A DNA stretch of 64,000 nt from Terriglobia bacterium (GCA_021325275.1 JAJPHL010000035.1:54916-118915); one strand, 5' to 3'; numbered from the stretch's first letter, positions 20,089-30,138 are shown. Program-made: numbers and translations. Notes: generated by a model not told the origin, from the letters alone.

Positions 20089-21000
20089 ATGGCGGAAGCC
20101 CTTTGCCTCGGCGAGTTGCTCGTCGATTTCGTTGCGCTTACTTCGGGCGTTCGCTTGGCCGATGCGGTGGAGTTTCGCCGCGCGGCGGGCGGCGCGCCGG
20201 CGAACGTGGCCGTTGGCTTGGCGCGTCTCGGCGTCGAAACCGCGTTGATCGCCAAGGTGGGCGCGGATGAATTTGGCCGATTCCTGCGGAAAACCATCGA
20301 AGACGAAGGCATCGATACATCAGGATTGGTCAGCGCCAAGCGCGCGCAAACGGCGCTGGCGTTTGTGTCGCTCGATTCTTCCAACGAACGTTCGTTCGAG
20401 TTTCACGGCGATCCGTCACCGGACGCGCTACTCGCGCCTGGCGATTTGCGCGAGCGTCCCTGGCGTGGCGCGCGCGTCTTCCACTACGGCAGCATCAGCT
20501 TGATCGCGGAACCAAGCCGCGCGGCGACACTTGCCGCCATCGCGCGCGCGAGAAAGCGCGGATTGTTGGTGAGTTGCGATCCGAATTTGCGCTTGGCTCT
20601 GTGGCCGTCCCCCTCGGCGGCTCGCGCGGGAATGCGTTTGGCATTGCGTCACGCCGACGTGGTGAAGATCAGCGAAGAGGAAGTGGATTTTCTCGGGAAG
20701 ATGCCCCACGCAAAGCTGGTTGTAGTTACGCGAGGACCCCAGGGCGGCACGGTCTTCCAAGACGGCAAGCGTGTTTCCGATTTTCCGGCGTTCCGCGTAA
20801 AATCGATCGACTCCACCGGCGCGGGCGATGCCTTCACGGCGGGGCTGCTCTATGGCTTGCTGCGCGAAAAGCCCATCGCGGAGACAATCCGCATCGCCGC
20901 AGCGTGTGGTGCGCTCGTCACGTTGCGCCGGGGCGCGATTCCCGCGATGCCGGGACTTCCGGCGGTCATGCGATTAGCACGAAGCCGCGAAAGCCGGTGA
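20089..21000 (+). CDS. PfkB-family carbohydrate kinase (fructokinase-like)
   Basis: GGAPANVA, DPNLR and DSTGAGDAF motifs. Confidence 0.92.
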   Translation: MAEALCLGELLVDFVALTSGVRLADAVEFRRAAGGAPANVAVGLARLGVETALIAKVGADEFGRFLRKTIEDEGIDTSGLVSAKRAQTALAFVSLDSSNERSFEFHGDPSPDALLAPGDLRERPWRGARVFHYGSISLIAEPSRAATLAAIARARKRGLLVSCDPNLRLALWPSPSAARAGMRLALRHADVVKISEEEVDFLGKMPHAKLVVVTRGPQGGTVFQDGKRVSDFPAFRVKSIDSTGAGDAFTAGLLYGLLREKPIAETIRIAAACGALVTLRRGAIPAMPGLPAVMRLARSRESR

Positions 21001-21176
21001 ACAACCGTTTCGAGGCGCGGCTGACAAGCCGTCGCAGTCCAAATGTGATATCTCTTCATATTGAATCTTGCGAACAGCGGCTTGTGTTAAGCTGCTGTTA
21101 TTTTTCCGCGCTTGCGGCAAAAGCGTAGCGCGTTGCGCCGCTCGGCGGCGCGCAATCAAAACTTGGGAGTGGACAC

Positions 21177-23306
21177 TTGGCACTGAAACTGTACGACGGA
21201 AAAGACATTCGCAACGTCGGAGTCGCTGGGCACGGCGGCTCCGGCAAAACCTCTTTGGTCTCCGCACTTCTTTATACCGCCGGTTCAGTCGACCGGCTGG
21301 GCCGCGTCGACGACGGCACGACCGTCACCGATTACGACGAAGAAGAGATTGCCCGCAAAGTATCGATCTCCACGGGCGTCGCGTACGCCGAATGGGCGGC
21401 CGGCGGCGGCAAGGTGAAAATCAACCTGCTCGACACACCCGGCTACAACATCTTTATCGGTGAAACGCGCGCCAGCATCGTGGCCGCCGATTCCGTGCTG
21501 GTGGTGGTCGACGCGGTGGCCGGCGTGGAAGTGCAAACGGAAAAAGTGTGGTCGTTCGCCGAAGAGTTCGGCCAGGCGCGCGCGCTGGTGGTGAATCGCC
21601 TGGATCGCGAGCGCGCTGGATTCGATCGCGCAGTGGAATCGATCCAAAACGCCTTCGGACGCGGCGCCGTGGCGATCCAGATGCCGCTGGGCGAGGAGAA
21701 AAATGCGCGCGGCATCGTGGACTTGATCGGTATGAAGGCGTACACCTACGATTCCGGCGGAAACGGCAAGGGTAAGGAAGAAGCGATACCCGCGAATCTG
21801 GCCGACGCCGCGCAAGCCGCACACGAAAAGCTGGTGGAAGCAGCGGCCGAAGGCGACGACGCGCTGCTCGAGGAGTTTTTCGACAAAGGAACATTGCCCG
21901 TCGAGCATATTGTCGACGGTTTGAAGAAAGCGATCGCCGCGGGACGTTTGTTCCCCATCCTGTGCGCGTGCGGCGGGAAGAATTTGGGCAGCGATCACAT
22001 CCTGAGTTTCCTCACGAACTTCATGCCGTCGGCCGCCGATCGCGGCACGGTGAAAGGCGCGGCCAAGCCGGGTGGAGAGCTCGACGTGACGCGCAAGATC
22101 ACCAACGACGAGGCGCTTTCCGTCTACGTTTACAAAACCGTCGCCGATCCCTTCGCTGGACGCCTGACGTACTTCAAAGTTCAATCGGGCGTGCTGAAAT
22201 CCGACGCCACGCTGACCAATTTCGTGCGCAGTTCGGAAGAACGCATGGCGCATATCGGTGTGCTTCTGGGAAAAGAGCAAGTACCGGTGCAGGAATTGCG
22301 CGCCGGCGATTTGGGCGTGGTCGCGAAATTGAAGGACACCGTGACCGGCGACACCCTGGGCGCGGTGAAGTCCACGCCGATTTTCTATCCGCCGGTGTCG
22401 CTGCCCGAGCCGCTGATCAAGTTCGCGATCGAAGCCAAGTCGCGTGCGGATGAAGATCGCATGGGCGTGGCGCTGCACAAGATTCTTGAGGAAGACCGGT
22501 CGCTGCGCTTCGAGCGCGATCCGCAAACCAAGGACTTTTTGCTCGGCGGATCGGGCCAGCAGCATATTGAAGTGATCGTTTCCAAGTTGAAGAAGCGCTA
22601 TCACGTCGAAGTGACGCTGAAAGCGCCGCGCGTGCCGTATCGCGAGACCATCCGCGGCAAGGCCGACGTGGAAGGGAAGCACAAGAAGCAGTCGGGCGGT
22701 CACGGACAATTCGGCGTTTGCAACGTGAAGATGGAGCCGTTGGTGCGCGGCGGTGGGTTCGAATTCGTCAACGACATTTTCGGCGGCTCGATCCCCAGGA
22801 ACTTCATTCCGGCGGTGGAAAAAGGCATCGTGGAATCGGCGGCGCGCGGCTATCTCGCGGGATTCCCGGTGGTCGATTTCAGGGCCACGGTCTATGACGG
22901 AAAGTATCACGACGTCGACAGCTCGGAAATGGCGTTCAAGATCGCCGGATCGCTGGCATTCAAGGCGGCAATGGCAGTCGCGAAACCGGTGTTGCTCGAG
23001 CCGGTGATGAACGTTGAAGTATACGCGCCCGACACGTACTCCGGCGATCTGATGGGCGATCTGAACTCGCGCCGCGGGCGAATCCAGGGCATGGACAACA
23101 AAGGATCGATGACGGTGATCCGCGCGCAGGTCCCAATGGCGGAAATGCTCACCTACGCCACCGATCTGACGTCAAAGACGCAGGGCCGCGCCAGTTATCA
23201 CATGGAATTCGACCATTACGACACGGTCCCCGGCCCGATCGCGGATAAGGTGATCGCCGCTGCGAAGGCCGCCAAGGCCGGTCAGGTCGAGCCGGAAGAG
23301 GAATAG
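21177..23306 (+). CDS. fusA: Elongation factor G paralogue (EF-G2-like)
   Basis: All five EF-G domains; non-canonical G1 GHGGSGKT, DTPGY, NRLD; KQSGGHGQFG and HDVDSSEMAF; not in a ribosomal protein operon. Confidence 0.9.
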   Translation: MALKLYDGKDIRNVGVAGHGGSGKTSLVSALLYTAGSVDRLGRVDDGTTVTDYDEEEIARKVSISTGVAYAEWAAGGGKVKINLLDTPGYNIFIGETRASIVAADSVLVVVDAVAGVEVQTEKVWSFAEEFGQARALVVNRLDRERAGFDRAVESIQNAFGRGAVAIQMPLGEEKNARGIVDLIGMKAYTYDSGGNGKGKEEAIPANLADAAQAAHEKLVEAAAEGDDALLEEFFDKGTLPVEHIVDGLKKAIAAGRLFPILCACGGKNLGSDHILSFLTNFMPSAADRGTVKGAAKPGGELDVTRKITNDEALSVYVYKTVADPFAGRLTYFKVQSGVLKSDATLTNFVRSSEERMAHIGVLLGKEQVPVQELRAGDLGVVAKLKDTVTGDTLGAVKSTPIFYPPVSLPEPLIKFAIEAKSRADEDRMGVALHKILEEDRSLRFERDPQTKDFLLGGSGQQHIEVIVSKLKKRYHVEVTLKAPRVPYRETIRGKADVEGKHKKQSGGHGQFGVCNVKMEPLVRGGGFEFVNDIFGGSIPRNFIPAVEKGIVESAARGYLAGFPVVDFRATVYDGKYHDVDSSEMAFKIAGSLAFKAAMAVAKPVLLEPVMNVEVYAPDTYSGDLMGDLNSRRGRIQGMDNKGSMTVIRAQVPMAEMLTYATDLTSKTQGRASYHMEFDHYDTVPGPIADKVIAAAKAAKAGQVEPEEE

Positions 23307-23437
23307 CAACGCGCCCAGTACGTGGTGGAAGTGAAATTCACTAAGGATAACGCCGCGCTTAATGCCACGTACCCGCGCTTAATGATCCTCCCGCAGAAGT
23401 TCGTTCAGCGTTGAATACGCACGGTCCGGAGGTGCCT

Positions 23438-23466
23438 GCACCACTTTCACCAATTGGTGCTAGGAT
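23438..23466 (+). promoter_or_regulatory. Likely operator/-10 region of the toxin-antitoxin operon
   Basis: Perfect palindrome CACCAATTGGTG (23448-23459), wider GCACCA..TGGTGC inverted repeat, then TAGGAT 6 nt before the ATG. Confidence 0.55.
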
Positions 23467-23472
23467 AGACGC

Positions 23473-23709
23473 ATGAAACGCGCCACGATCACGGTTCCCA
23501 AGGATTTGGCGGCGGCCGTTGACGGTTATGTTCAGGCCCAGGAGACGCCTCCCGCCTTCACGGCGGTCGTCCAAACGGCATTGCGGCATTTCCTGGCCGA
23601 GCGCGGCTACTTGCGGTCACGCGTGCCCCTCCGAATTACTCCGGCGACGCGCGGAAGTGGCCGACGGGACGTAAGCGAAGCGCATGATCGCTACCTCGCC
23701 GGCAAATGA
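23473..23709 (+). CDS. Putative antitoxin (ribbon-helix-helix-like)
   Basis: 78 aa; MKRATITVP strand-helix N-terminus; C-terminal GSGRRDVSEAHDRYL; ATGA overlap with the PIN gene. Confidence 0.75.
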   Translation: MKRATITVPKDLAAAVDGYVQAQETPPAFTAVVQTALRHFLAERGYLRSRVPLRITPATRGSGRRDVSEAHDRYLAGK

Positions 23710-24113
23710 GGCGCGCCGTACTCGCTGACGCCGGCCCTTTGTATGCTGCCGCTGATCCTGACGACGCACACCATCATCGTGCTCAACGCGAGCTGAAGCG
23801 GCTGGCACGGGATAAACGCGAAGTGTTCGTTGCCTATCCAACGCTGGCCGAGGCCTACACTCTGGTGCTTAGGCGGCTCGGAAAACAGACCGCTACGCAG
23901 TGGCTGAACGACGTGGTGACCGGCACCGCCGTCCTCAATCCAACGCCCGAGGATTACCATGCCGCGATCAAGGCGCTCTCATCGTTCCCGGATCAAGCGA
24001 TCTCGTTATTCGACGCAACAGTGGCCGCGATGGGCAACCGCTTAGGAGTCGAGATTTGGACATACGATCACCACTTCGACATCATGCAAGCGCCGGTTTG
24101 GCATGCAGAGTAA
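23706..24113 (+). CDS. vapC: PIN-domain (VapC-like) toxin
   Basis: VLADAG, LAEAY, SLFDA and WTYDHHF acidic PIN motifs. Confidence 0.87.
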   Translation: MRRAVLADAGPLYAAADPDDAHHHRAQRELKRLARDKREVFVAYPTLAEAYTLVLRRLGKQTATQWLNDVVTGTAVLNPTPEDYHAAIKALSSFPDQAISLFDATVAAMGNRLGVEIWTYDHHFDIMQAPVWHAE

Positions 24114-24165
24114 TCCGCCCCTAACCAGTACCAAGGTCCCGGCGTCCTAAAGATGAAACTAGGCA

Positions 24166-24192
24166 TTGACTTTGTGAATCTTGTGTTAGCAT
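24166..24192 (+). promoter_or_regulatory. Candidate sigma70 promoter for the lytic transglycosylase gene
   Basis: TTGACT-N15-TAGCAT with TG extension. Confidence 0.4.
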
Positions 24193-24247
24193 GGCCCCTG
24201 AGTTGCTTTCCGGGTATTGAGGTCTTAGGTTCGTTTTGTAATTTCTA

Positions 24248-26167
24248 ATGCCGCGCCACCGGAACCCAGTTCGTCGCCTCAAGCATGTAACGCTCGCTCT
24301 CGTGGTGTGCGCGACCCTGTCGGTTCCCGCGATCGCCCAGAAACAGAAGAAGAAAAAGGCCCAAGAAGCCGCGCCGGTTCCGCCGCCGCAGTTCGTCGCC
24401 GTTCAGGACAAGCTCCCCGCCGGTCCTTGGTCTTCGTTCCCGCTGCCCGCCGTTCTTCCCCCCGTCGATCCCGTTAAGGAACTCCTTAGTAAGGTGCGGA
24501 CCTCATACGCCGCCGGCGTCGAGGCGTACCAAAGCGGGCACCTCGGCAAGGCACGCATCGAGTTCGACCATGCCGTCGAGATCATGCTGACCTCTGGAAT
24601 GCACCTGCGGGCGAACCCGGACCTGGAGCGCGAGTACGAATCACTGGTGGATCATGTCAACGGCTTCGAAGTTTCCGCGCTGACCGAAGGCGACGGCTTT
24701 ACCGAGCGCAAGCCGGTCACCGCCGCCATCGACGAAGTGGCCGACATCGACCTTCCCAAGGTAGACATGCAGCAGGTCGACGCCCGCATCCGCGACTTGG
24801 TGGAAAAAGGCCTGCGCGACACGCGGTCGGACCTGCCGTTGATGATCAACGACGAGGTCCTCCGCTACATCAACTTCTTCTCCGGGCGCGGACGCGGCGG
24901 CATCCAGGCTGGATGGCGGCGCGCCGGGCGCTATCGCGAGATGATCTCGCGCGTTCTGCGGGAAGAAGGCGTTCCTCAGGACCTGATCTATTTGGCGCAG
25001 GCGGAATCGGCCTTTCACCCCACCGCGCTATCGCGGGCAGGAGCACGCGGGATGTGGCAGTTCATGGCTTACACGGGTAAGGTCTATGGCTTGAAAGCCG
25101 ACTGGTGGGTCGATCCGCGCCAGGACCCCGAAGCCGCCACGCGAGCCGCCGCGCATCACTTGCACGACCTTTATCGCCAGTTCGGCGACTGGTATCTGGC
25201 GATGGCGGCCTACAATTCGGGACCCCAAAACGTCTCGCGGGCCATCGAACGCACCGGATACGCCGACTTCTGGGAGCTGTATCGTCGCAACCAATTGCCG
25301 CGGGAAACCAAGAACTACGTGCCGATCATCTTGGCGGTGACGATCATGGCCAAGAATCCGGCGGCGTATGGACTAACCGAAGTTGAGCCGGATCCGGCGG
25401 TGCCCACTGAAACGGTGAAGCTGACGACGCCCACCGATCTGCGCTTGATAGCCGAAACCATCGACTGCACGGTCGAGCAATTGCAGGATTTGAACCCCAG
25501 CCTCTTGCGCTGGGTAACGCCGAAGCAGGACGAATTCGACTTGCGCCTACCCGCCGGTTCGCGCGACCGCTTCCTGGAGCAGATCGCGGCGATCCCCGAG
25601 GACAAGCGCGTTTGGTGGCGCTGGCATCGCGTGGCCGACGGAGAGTCGCTGGCGCAGATCGCCAAGCAGTACAAGACCACCAGCACGGCCATCGCGGAAG
25701 TAAACAACATTCAGGATGCCAAGACCGCGGACTTGGCTCCCGGAAGCCGCCTGGTAATTCCGATCACTCCAAAGAATTCCTCGTTGTTGGCCGCCGCCAT
25801 GGAAGGCTCGAAGACGCGCTCGGTAAGCCTGCACTACAAGGTTCGCAAAGGCGACACCATCGCCGTTGTAGCCGATCGCTTTGGCGTGGAGAAAGACGAT
25901 GTGCTGAAGTGGAACGGATTGAAAACAAGCACGTTATCGCCAGGTAGAGTGCTGACGATCCGGGCGGTCCAGAGCGGTCCGGCGCCTTCGGTTTCGGCGT
26001 CGCACAAGAAGTCCAGCCATTCGCTCGTGGCTACCGCGCATCACGGCACGGCCACTCACCACCACACCACCGTGAAAGCCGCTGCGCACCTGCCTGCAAA
26101 ATCCTCGCCCAAACTGGTCGCCAAAGGATCGGCGCCCCGGTCGAGCGCGGCTCTTGCGGATCACTAA
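24248..26167 (+). CDS. mltD: Lytic murein transglycosylase with LysM domains (MltD-like)
   Basis: AQAESAF (catalytic Glu), GMWQFM, AAYNSG and LPRETKNYVP motifs; LysM repeats. Confidence 0.9.
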   Translation: MPRHRNPVRRLKHVTLALVVCATLSVPAIAQKQKKKKAQEAAPVPPPQFVAVQDKLPAGPWSSFPLPAVLPPVDPVKELLSKVRTSYAAGVEAYQSGHLGKARIEFDHAVEIMLTSGMHLRANPDLEREYESLVDHVNGFEVSALTEGDGFTERKPVTAAIDEVADIDLPKVDMQQVDARIRDLVEKGLRDTRSDLPLMINDEVLRYINFFSGRGRGGIQAGWRRAGRYREMISRVLREEGVPQDLIYLAQAESAFHPTALSRAGARGMWQFMAYTGKVYGLKADWWVDPRQDPEAATRAAAHHLHDLYRQFGDWYLAMAAYNSGPQNVSRAIERTGYADFWELYRRNQLPRETKNYVPIILAVTIMAKNPAAYGLTEVEPDPAVPTETVKLTTPTDLRLIAETIDCTVEQLQDLNPSLLRWVTPKQDEFDLRLPAGSRDRFLEQIAAIPEDKRVWWRWHRVADGESLAQIAKQYKTTSTAIAEVNNIQDAKTADLAPGSRLVIPITPKNSSLLAAAMEGSKTRSVSLHYKVRKGDTIAVVADRFGVEKDDVLKWNGLKTSTLSPGRVLTIRAVQSGPAPSVSASHKKSSHSLVATAHHGTATHHHTTVKAAAHLPAKSSPKLVAKGSAPRSSAALADH

Positions 26168-26207
26168 ACTTTTTCCTCAAAAAGTATCGTTCTCAGTCGG
26201 CTTTTTC

Positions 26208-26237
26208 TTGACAGCGCACGTCGCACTGCGTTAATTT
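26208..26237 (+). promoter_or_regulatory. Candidate sigma70 promoter for the small acidic/basic protein
   Basis: Consensus TTGACA, then TAATTT 18 nt downstream; GGAG at 26254. Confidence 0.5.
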
Positions 26238-26266
26238 CCAACTCGATCCATTTGGAGTCCCGAACT

Positions 26267-26581
26267 ATGCCTTTTGAATACGAACGCGAAGAGGAAGAGT
26301 TGGAGGAACTGGAAGCGGGATCCGAATACGAAGCCGAGGAGGAAGAGATGGACGAAATGGAAGGAACCATGGGCGAAGTAAGCGCCCCAGTGGAGTCTGC
26401 TCCGGTCGACGTGCCCGCTCCAGCAGCCCCCAAACCGAAAGCCAAGCCCAAGGCCAAGGCAAAGCCAAAGGCCAAACCCAAAGCCAAGGCCAAGCCCAAG
26501 GCGAAGAAGGCCGCGAAGAAGCCGGCCAAGAAAGCCAAGAAGGCTGCCAAGAAACCGGCCAAGAAGAAAAAGAAGAAGTAG
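26267..26581 (+). CDS. Small low-complexity protein: Glu-rich N-half, histone-H1-like PKAK/AKK C-half
   Basis: 104 aa ORF with its own promoter and RBS; PAKKA-type repeats. Confidence 0.75.
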   Translation: MPFEYEREEEELEELEAGSEYEAEEEEMDEMEGTMGEVSAPVESAPVDVPAPAAPKPKAKPKAKAKPKAKPKAKAKPKAKKAAKKPAKKAKKAAKKPAKKKKKK

Positions 26582-26680
26582 TCCTGATTCTCCGCTCCGC
26601 GTCTCCGCTTGAGGCGAGTTGTTCCTTGCATCAGGCGGAGTCGCGGCGTTCTTTTCCCTCCCGTTGCGCCAACCACTGCC

Positions 26681-28171
26681 ATGAAAACCAGATCTCTCCT
26701 GTTGCTCTGCGCCGCTTGCACGGCGGTCGCCTTCGCGCAGCCTCCCAACAACGCCAATCGTATCGGACTCTTCGAAGATCACGGCGACATCGGCGCCGTG
26801 CTGCATAAAGGATCGTCGGAATACGACGCGGCGGTGAACAAGTACACGCTCACCGGCAGCGGCGAGAATGTCTGGGCCACTTCGGACGCCATGCAGTTCG
26901 CGTGGCGCCGCGTGGCGGGCGGGGACGTGACCATGTCGGCGGAAATCGCCTTCGCCAACTCGGGCGGCGAGCATCACAAGAAAGCCATGCTGATGATCCG
27001 GCAATCGCTCGACCCCGACTCCGCGTACGTCGACGCCGTGCTGCACGGCAATGGTCTGGTGTCGCTGCAAATGCGCGACGCCAAGGGCGCGGTGACGCAT
27101 CAAATAGAAGAAACTTCCACCGGCGCGAAGCGCCTGAGCATCCGCAAAATCGGATCGTACTTCGTGCTGATGCTTTCCAACAGCGCGGAAGAACTGCGTC
27201 CCGCGGGCGGGGCTTTTCGGCTGGTGCTACAAGAGCCCTTCTACGTGGGCATTGGCGTCTGCGCGCACAACAAAGACGCCAGTGAAACGGCCACGTTCCG
27301 CAACATGGAGTTGAGTGTGCGCACTCCCAAACTGTACAGCACGCTGGAGACAATGTCGGTGCCCGGTGGCGATCGCCAAGTGGTCTACGTGGTTGACAGC
27401 CGTATCGAAGCGCCGAACTGGACGCACGACGGAAAATGGCTGCTCTTCAATGGCAACGGCCGCTTGCAGAAGATTTCCCCCGATCCTGCGGCGGGCGCGA
27501 AGCCGGAAATGGTCGACACCGGATTCGCGAATCGCTTGAACAACGATCATGGGCTCTCGCCCGACGGCGCCATGCTGGCCTTCAGCGACAATTCGCAAGA
27601 GGACAAGCATTCTCTCGTGTACACGATGCCGTTATCGGGCGGCACGCCGAAGCGCATCACCAAAGAATCGCCGTCGTATTGGCACGGATGGTCGCCGGAC
27701 GGAAAAACGCTGGTCTATGCGGCGGTGCGCAACAACGATTTCGACGTTTTCTCCATCTCTGCCGATGGCGGCGAAGAAAAACGGCTCACGTCCACGCCCG
27801 GCACCGACGACGGTCCCGAATTCACGCCCGACGGCAAATACATTTACTTCAACTCCGAGCGCACCGGTCACATGCAAATCTGGCGGATGAAACCCGACGG
27901 CAGCGAGCAGGAGCAAGTCACCAACGACGAATACAACAATTGGTTTCCGCACTTTTCTCCCGACGGAAAAACGCTGGTGATGCTCAGCTACGAGCCGGAA
28001 GTCACCGGGCATCCGGAGAACAAAGATGTGCTGCTGCGGCTGATGAACGTGAACGACAAGAAAATCACCGTACTCACGCGCTTGTTCGGCGGACAAGGAA
28101 CTATCAACGTACCGTCGTGGTCGCCCGATGGAAAACGGATCGCCTTCGTCAGCTATCAACTGATACCCTAG
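26681..28171 (+). CDS. TolB-like beta-propeller protein with N-terminal beta-sandwich domain
   Basis: Signal peptide; NNDHGLSPDG, WHGWSPDG, DDGPEFTPDG and GGQGTINVPSWSPD repeats. Confidence 0.85.
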   Translation: MKTRSLLLLCAACTAVAFAQPPNNANRIGLFEDHGDIGAVLHKGSSEYDAAVNKYTLTGSGENVWATSDAMQFAWRRVAGGDVTMSAEIAFANSGGEHHKKAMLMIRQSLDPDSAYVDAVLHGNGLVSLQMRDAKGAVTHQIEETSTGAKRLSIRKIGSYFVLMLSNSAEELRPAGGAFRLVLQEPFYVGIGVCAHNKDASETATFRNMELSVRTPKLYSTLETMSVPGGDRQVVYVVDSRIEAPNWTHDGKWLLFNGNGRLQKISPDPAAGAKPEMVDTGFANRLNNDHGLSPDGAMLAFSDNSQEDKHSLVYTMPLSGGTPKRITKESPSYWHGWSPDGKTLVYAAVRNNDFDVFSISADGGEEKRLTSTPGTDDGPEFTPDGKYIYFNSERTGHMQIWRMKPDGSEQEQVTNDEYNNWFPHFSPDGKTLVMLSYEPEVTGHPENKDVLLRLMNVNDKKITVLTRLFGGQGTINVPSWSPDGKRIAFVSYQLIP

Positions 28172-28178
28172 CAAGCGC

Positions 28179-30134
28179 GTGCGATTCACCATTCTCTTCC
28201 TCGCGGTAGCGGCCGTCGGGCAAACACCCGACTCTTCAATCAACGCGGGCCGCGTCACATTCGAAAAAAGCTGCGGCAAGTGTCACGGCGGCGACGGCAA
28301 CGGCGGCGAAATGGGTCCCGCGATTCTCTATCGCCTGCCGGCGCGCAACGACTCGGAACTCGCCGTGCTAATCCGCGCAGGACTCCCTGAGCGCGGCATG
28401 CCGCCGGTGCCCATTGCCGAGGCCGACATGCCGGCGCTGGTGCGTTTTCTGCGCACCATTCAACGCGCCGATCGTCCCGTGGTTCGGAGAAAAGTAACGC
28501 TCGCCGGCGGATTGTCGCTGGAAGGCGAAGTGCTCAATGAAGGTGTCAACGATTTGCAGCTTCGCACCGACGATCATCGCGTGCATCTATTGCGCCGCGC
28601 GGCCAACCAGACTTTCCGCCAAGTCACATCGGAGCACGATTGGCCCAACTACGACGGCGTGCCCGGTGGAAATCGTTACACGTCGATGACCGAGATCAAC
28701 AAATCCACCGTCGGGCATCTCTCGCCTGCGTGGATGTTCAATATTCCGAACGGTGGACACTTGCAGGGAACTCCGGCTGTCTCGGGCGGAATCATGTACG
28801 TGACGGTGGCCAACGAGTGCTACGCGCTCGACGCGGGTACCGGACGCATGATCTGGCACTTCCGGCGCAAATCGACGCGCGGACCCACCGAAGCCACCGG
28901 CGGCGCGACAAATAGAGGGGCTGTTGTGGCCGGTGACCGCGTCTTCATGGACACCGACGAAGCGCACATCATCGCCTTGGATCGTTTCACAGGCTGGCTT
29001 CTCTGGGAAACGACCATCGCCGACTGGCGAGAGAATTACTTCACAACTTCCGCGCCGCAAATCGCGGGGAATTTCGTGTTGACCGGAGTGGCAGGCGGCG
29101 AGCACGGGTCCAACGGATTTGTCGCGGCCTTCGAGCAATCCACCGGCCGCGAGGTCTGGCGGTTTTGGACCGTCCCGAAACCCGGCGACCCGCAATCCGA
29201 AACATGGCGCGGCATCGATCTCGCGCATGGCGGCGCGCCGACTTGGTTCACCGGTACCTACGATCCGGAGCTCGACGTCGTTTATTGGCCGGCGGGAAAT
29301 CCCAGCAAGGAATACAACGGCGACGAGCGCGCGGGCGACAATCTCTACTCCGATTCTCTGCTGGCGCTCGATCGCAAGACGGGAAAGTTGAAATGGTATT
29401 ACCAATTCACGCCGCACGATTTGTGGGATTGGGATGCCACGGAAACTTCGGTCCTGGTGAATGCCGAATGGCAAGGACGCCCGAGCAAACTGCTACTCCA
29501 CGCCGATCGCAATGGATTTTTCTACGTCTTCGATCGCGCCACCGGCGAATTGCTGCTCTGGAAACCGTTTGTGAAAAAACTCACCTGGGCCAGCGGCATC
29601 GACGCGCAAGGACGTCCGGTGAAAAATCCCAACCAGGAGCCGACCAAGGAAGGCACGCTCGTTTGTCCGTCGCAGGACGGCGCGACGAATTGGTTTTCGC
29701 CGTCGTTCAATCCCGCAACGGGTCTGTACTACGTCCAGACGTTCGAGAAATGCAGCGTCTACACCAAACGCGACGGCGACGTTTGGGAAGCCGGCAAACT
29801 GTATCTCGGCGGATCCCAGCGCACCGCGGAGGAATTGCAGCCGGAACGCGTCTTGAAAGCGATCGATATTCACACCGGCGCGATCGCCTGGGAACTGCCG
29901 CAGCCGGGATCGGCGAATTCCTGGGGAGGCACGCTCGCGACCGCCAGCGGTCTGGTGATTTTTGCCGAGGAAAGCGGAGCGCTCGCCGCGGCCGACGCCG
30001 TGTCGGGCAAACTGCTATGGAGTTTCCCAGTGAATGCGGGATGGCGCGCGTCGCCGATGACGTACATGTTCGACGGCAAGCAATACATCGCCATCGCCGC
30101 GGGACCGGATATCATTTCATTTGCATTGAGGTAA
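28179..30134 (+). CDS. PQQ-binding-type dehydrogenase with N-terminal cytochrome c domain
   Basis: CGKCH heme motif; Trp-docking propeller repeats (ALD..TG...W); GDNLYS, HDLWDWD and ASPMTY motifs. Confidence 0.85.
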   Translation: MRFTILFLAVAAVGQTPDSSINAGRVTFEKSCGKCHGGDGNGGEMGPAILYRLPARNDSELAVLIRAGLPERGMPPVPIAEADMPALVRFLRTIQRADRPVVRRKVTLAGGLSLEGEVLNEGVNDLQLRTDDHRVHLLRRAANQTFRQVTSEHDWPNYDGVPGGNRYTSMTEINKSTVGHLSPAWMFNIPNGGHLQGTPAVSGGIMYVTVANECYALDAGTGRMIWHFRRKSTRGPTEATGGATNRGAVVAGDRVFMDTDEAHIIALDRFTGWLLWETTIADWRENYFTTSAPQIAGNFVLTGVAGGEHGSNGFVAAFEQSTGREVWRFWTVPKPGDPQSETWRGIDLAHGGAPTWFTGTYDPELDVVYWPAGNPSKEYNGDERAGDNLYSDSLLALDRKTGKLKWYYQFTPHDLWDWDATETSVLVNAEWQGRPSKLLLHADRNGFFYVFDRATGELLLWKPFVKKLTWASGIDAQGRPVKNPNQEPTKEGTLVCPSQDGATNWFSPSFNPATGLYYVQTFEKCSVYTKRDGDVWEAGKLYLGGSQRTAEELQPERVLKAIDIHTGAIAWELPQPGSANSWGGTLATASGLVIFAEESGALAAADAVSGKLLWSFPVNAGWRASPMTYMFDGKQYIAIAAGPDIISFALR

Positions 30135-30138
30135 TCCG

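Noticed and set aside
23307..23414. 35 open codons in frame after the EF-G TAG stop (QRAQYVVEVKF...), with a 12-bp direct repeat ccgcgcttaatg
   Set aside because: EF-G already ends normally; no sign of pyrrolysine or readthrough signals; likely chance or a gene remnant
26164..26757. Hydrophobic minus-strand ORF (FFFFFLAGFLAAF...)
   Set aside because: Antisense of the Lys/Ala-rich gene, which has the promoter and RBS
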